Positions 35,256 through 35,794 of a DNA stretch of 35,794 nt are shown here, one piece after another. Source of the DNA: a virus; UHGV virus genome UHGV-0192366. One strand, 5' to 3'. The notes under the pieces were generated by a model. That model made no database searches, had not been told where the DNA came from, and saw nothing but the letters and a program-made list of their open reading frames with translations. The position numbers and the translations under genes are program-made. Position 1 is the stretch's first letter; every line of letters starts with the position of its first letter.

Positions 35256-35519
35256 TTATTTGCCCACCATATCTACTGCTTTTTCCAGTAATACTTTTGC
35301 CAAAACGATTGCATCATCTAGTTGCTTATCTGTTTCAATACCGTCAAACAAATCGTAATCTCTATCAGCAACAAATCCGTTTTCTTGTGCGCTTAAAAAT
35401 ATTCTGTTACCGTAGTTCGAAAATTCAATGTTTACGTACGGATACCCATCCTTACCTTTTCCGCGCTCTTGAATCTCAAGAATTAAGTCTAAAAGTTCAT
35501 GTATTTTCTTTCTGTCCAT
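35256..35519 (-). CDS. hypothetical protein (87 aa)
   Basis: Clean ORF. TAATATG junction with a possible 49-aa downstream ORF. Confidence 0.45.
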   Translation of the reverse strand: MDRKKIHELLDLILEIQERGKGKDGYPYVNIEFSNYGNRIFLSAQENGFVADRDYDLFDGIETDKQLDDAIVLAKVLLEKAVDMVGK

Positions 35520-35606
35520 TGCTTATCCTCCTAAAATCTGTTAATATAGAATCGTATTTTTTCCTGAGTACCTACGGCTCCCCAGCCTTTTTGTAGGTGC
35601 TCATTT

Positions 35607-35792
35607 TTAATACCCAAATATCAACCACCATCCGATCAACGCCAGTACAAACCCGATCACAGATGCTGCAACCTTATGCCAGTAAGGCTTGTCCTGCTCC
35701 GGTAACTCAACAGATACGGAGCGGATATCCCAACCGTTTAATGCGTTCTGCTGCTGGGTTGTCTGGCAATGGTAAGTTCCTTTAATCTCCAT
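35607..35792 (-). CDS. small membrane protein (61 aa); RBS supplied by the window start if the molecule is circular
   Basis: C-terminal TM helix VAASVIGFVLALIGWWLIFGY. ATG at 35792. The reverse complement of window positions 1-20 gives GGGAGG 6 nt upstream across the junction. Confidence 0.5.
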   Translation of the reverse strand: MEIKGTYHCQTTQQQNALNGWDIRSVSVELPEQDKPYWHKVAASVIGFVLALIGWWLIFGY

Positions 35793-35794
35793 GC

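Overview
The window reads as a complete ~35.8 kb temperate siphovirus genome from a Firmicutes host (strong GGAGG-type RBSs), present in its non-integrated attP configuration and probably circularly closed. Joining the window end to the window start recreates a GGGAGG RBS plus ATG for the last ORF. Almost all genes lie on the minus strand as one long transcription direction from the immunity switch: early genes (Rha/KilAC antirepressor, Gp157, Rad52-like SSAP, NinB, RusA, replisome organizer, orphan multispecific C5-methyltransferase, Lar, YopX, ArpU-like activator); two phage tRNAs; terS/terL (P27/PBSX-type, headful); portal; Mu-F-like minor head protein; scaffold; major capsid; connectors; TP901-1-type major tail protein; TAC/Gp15; tape measure; Dit; 950-aa Tal/tail fibre; XhlA-holin-amidase lysis cassette. 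Plus-strand exceptions are the lysogeny genes (CI-like XRE repressor, lipoprotein, tyrosine integrase) and a two-gene moron. Between int and the lysis genes lies an intact attP with a tRNA/tmRNA 3'-end-like core and five ATGCAACAC arm-type repeats. Several regulatory oddities and unassigned modules are flagged below. My manually derived coordinates may be off by 1-2 nt.
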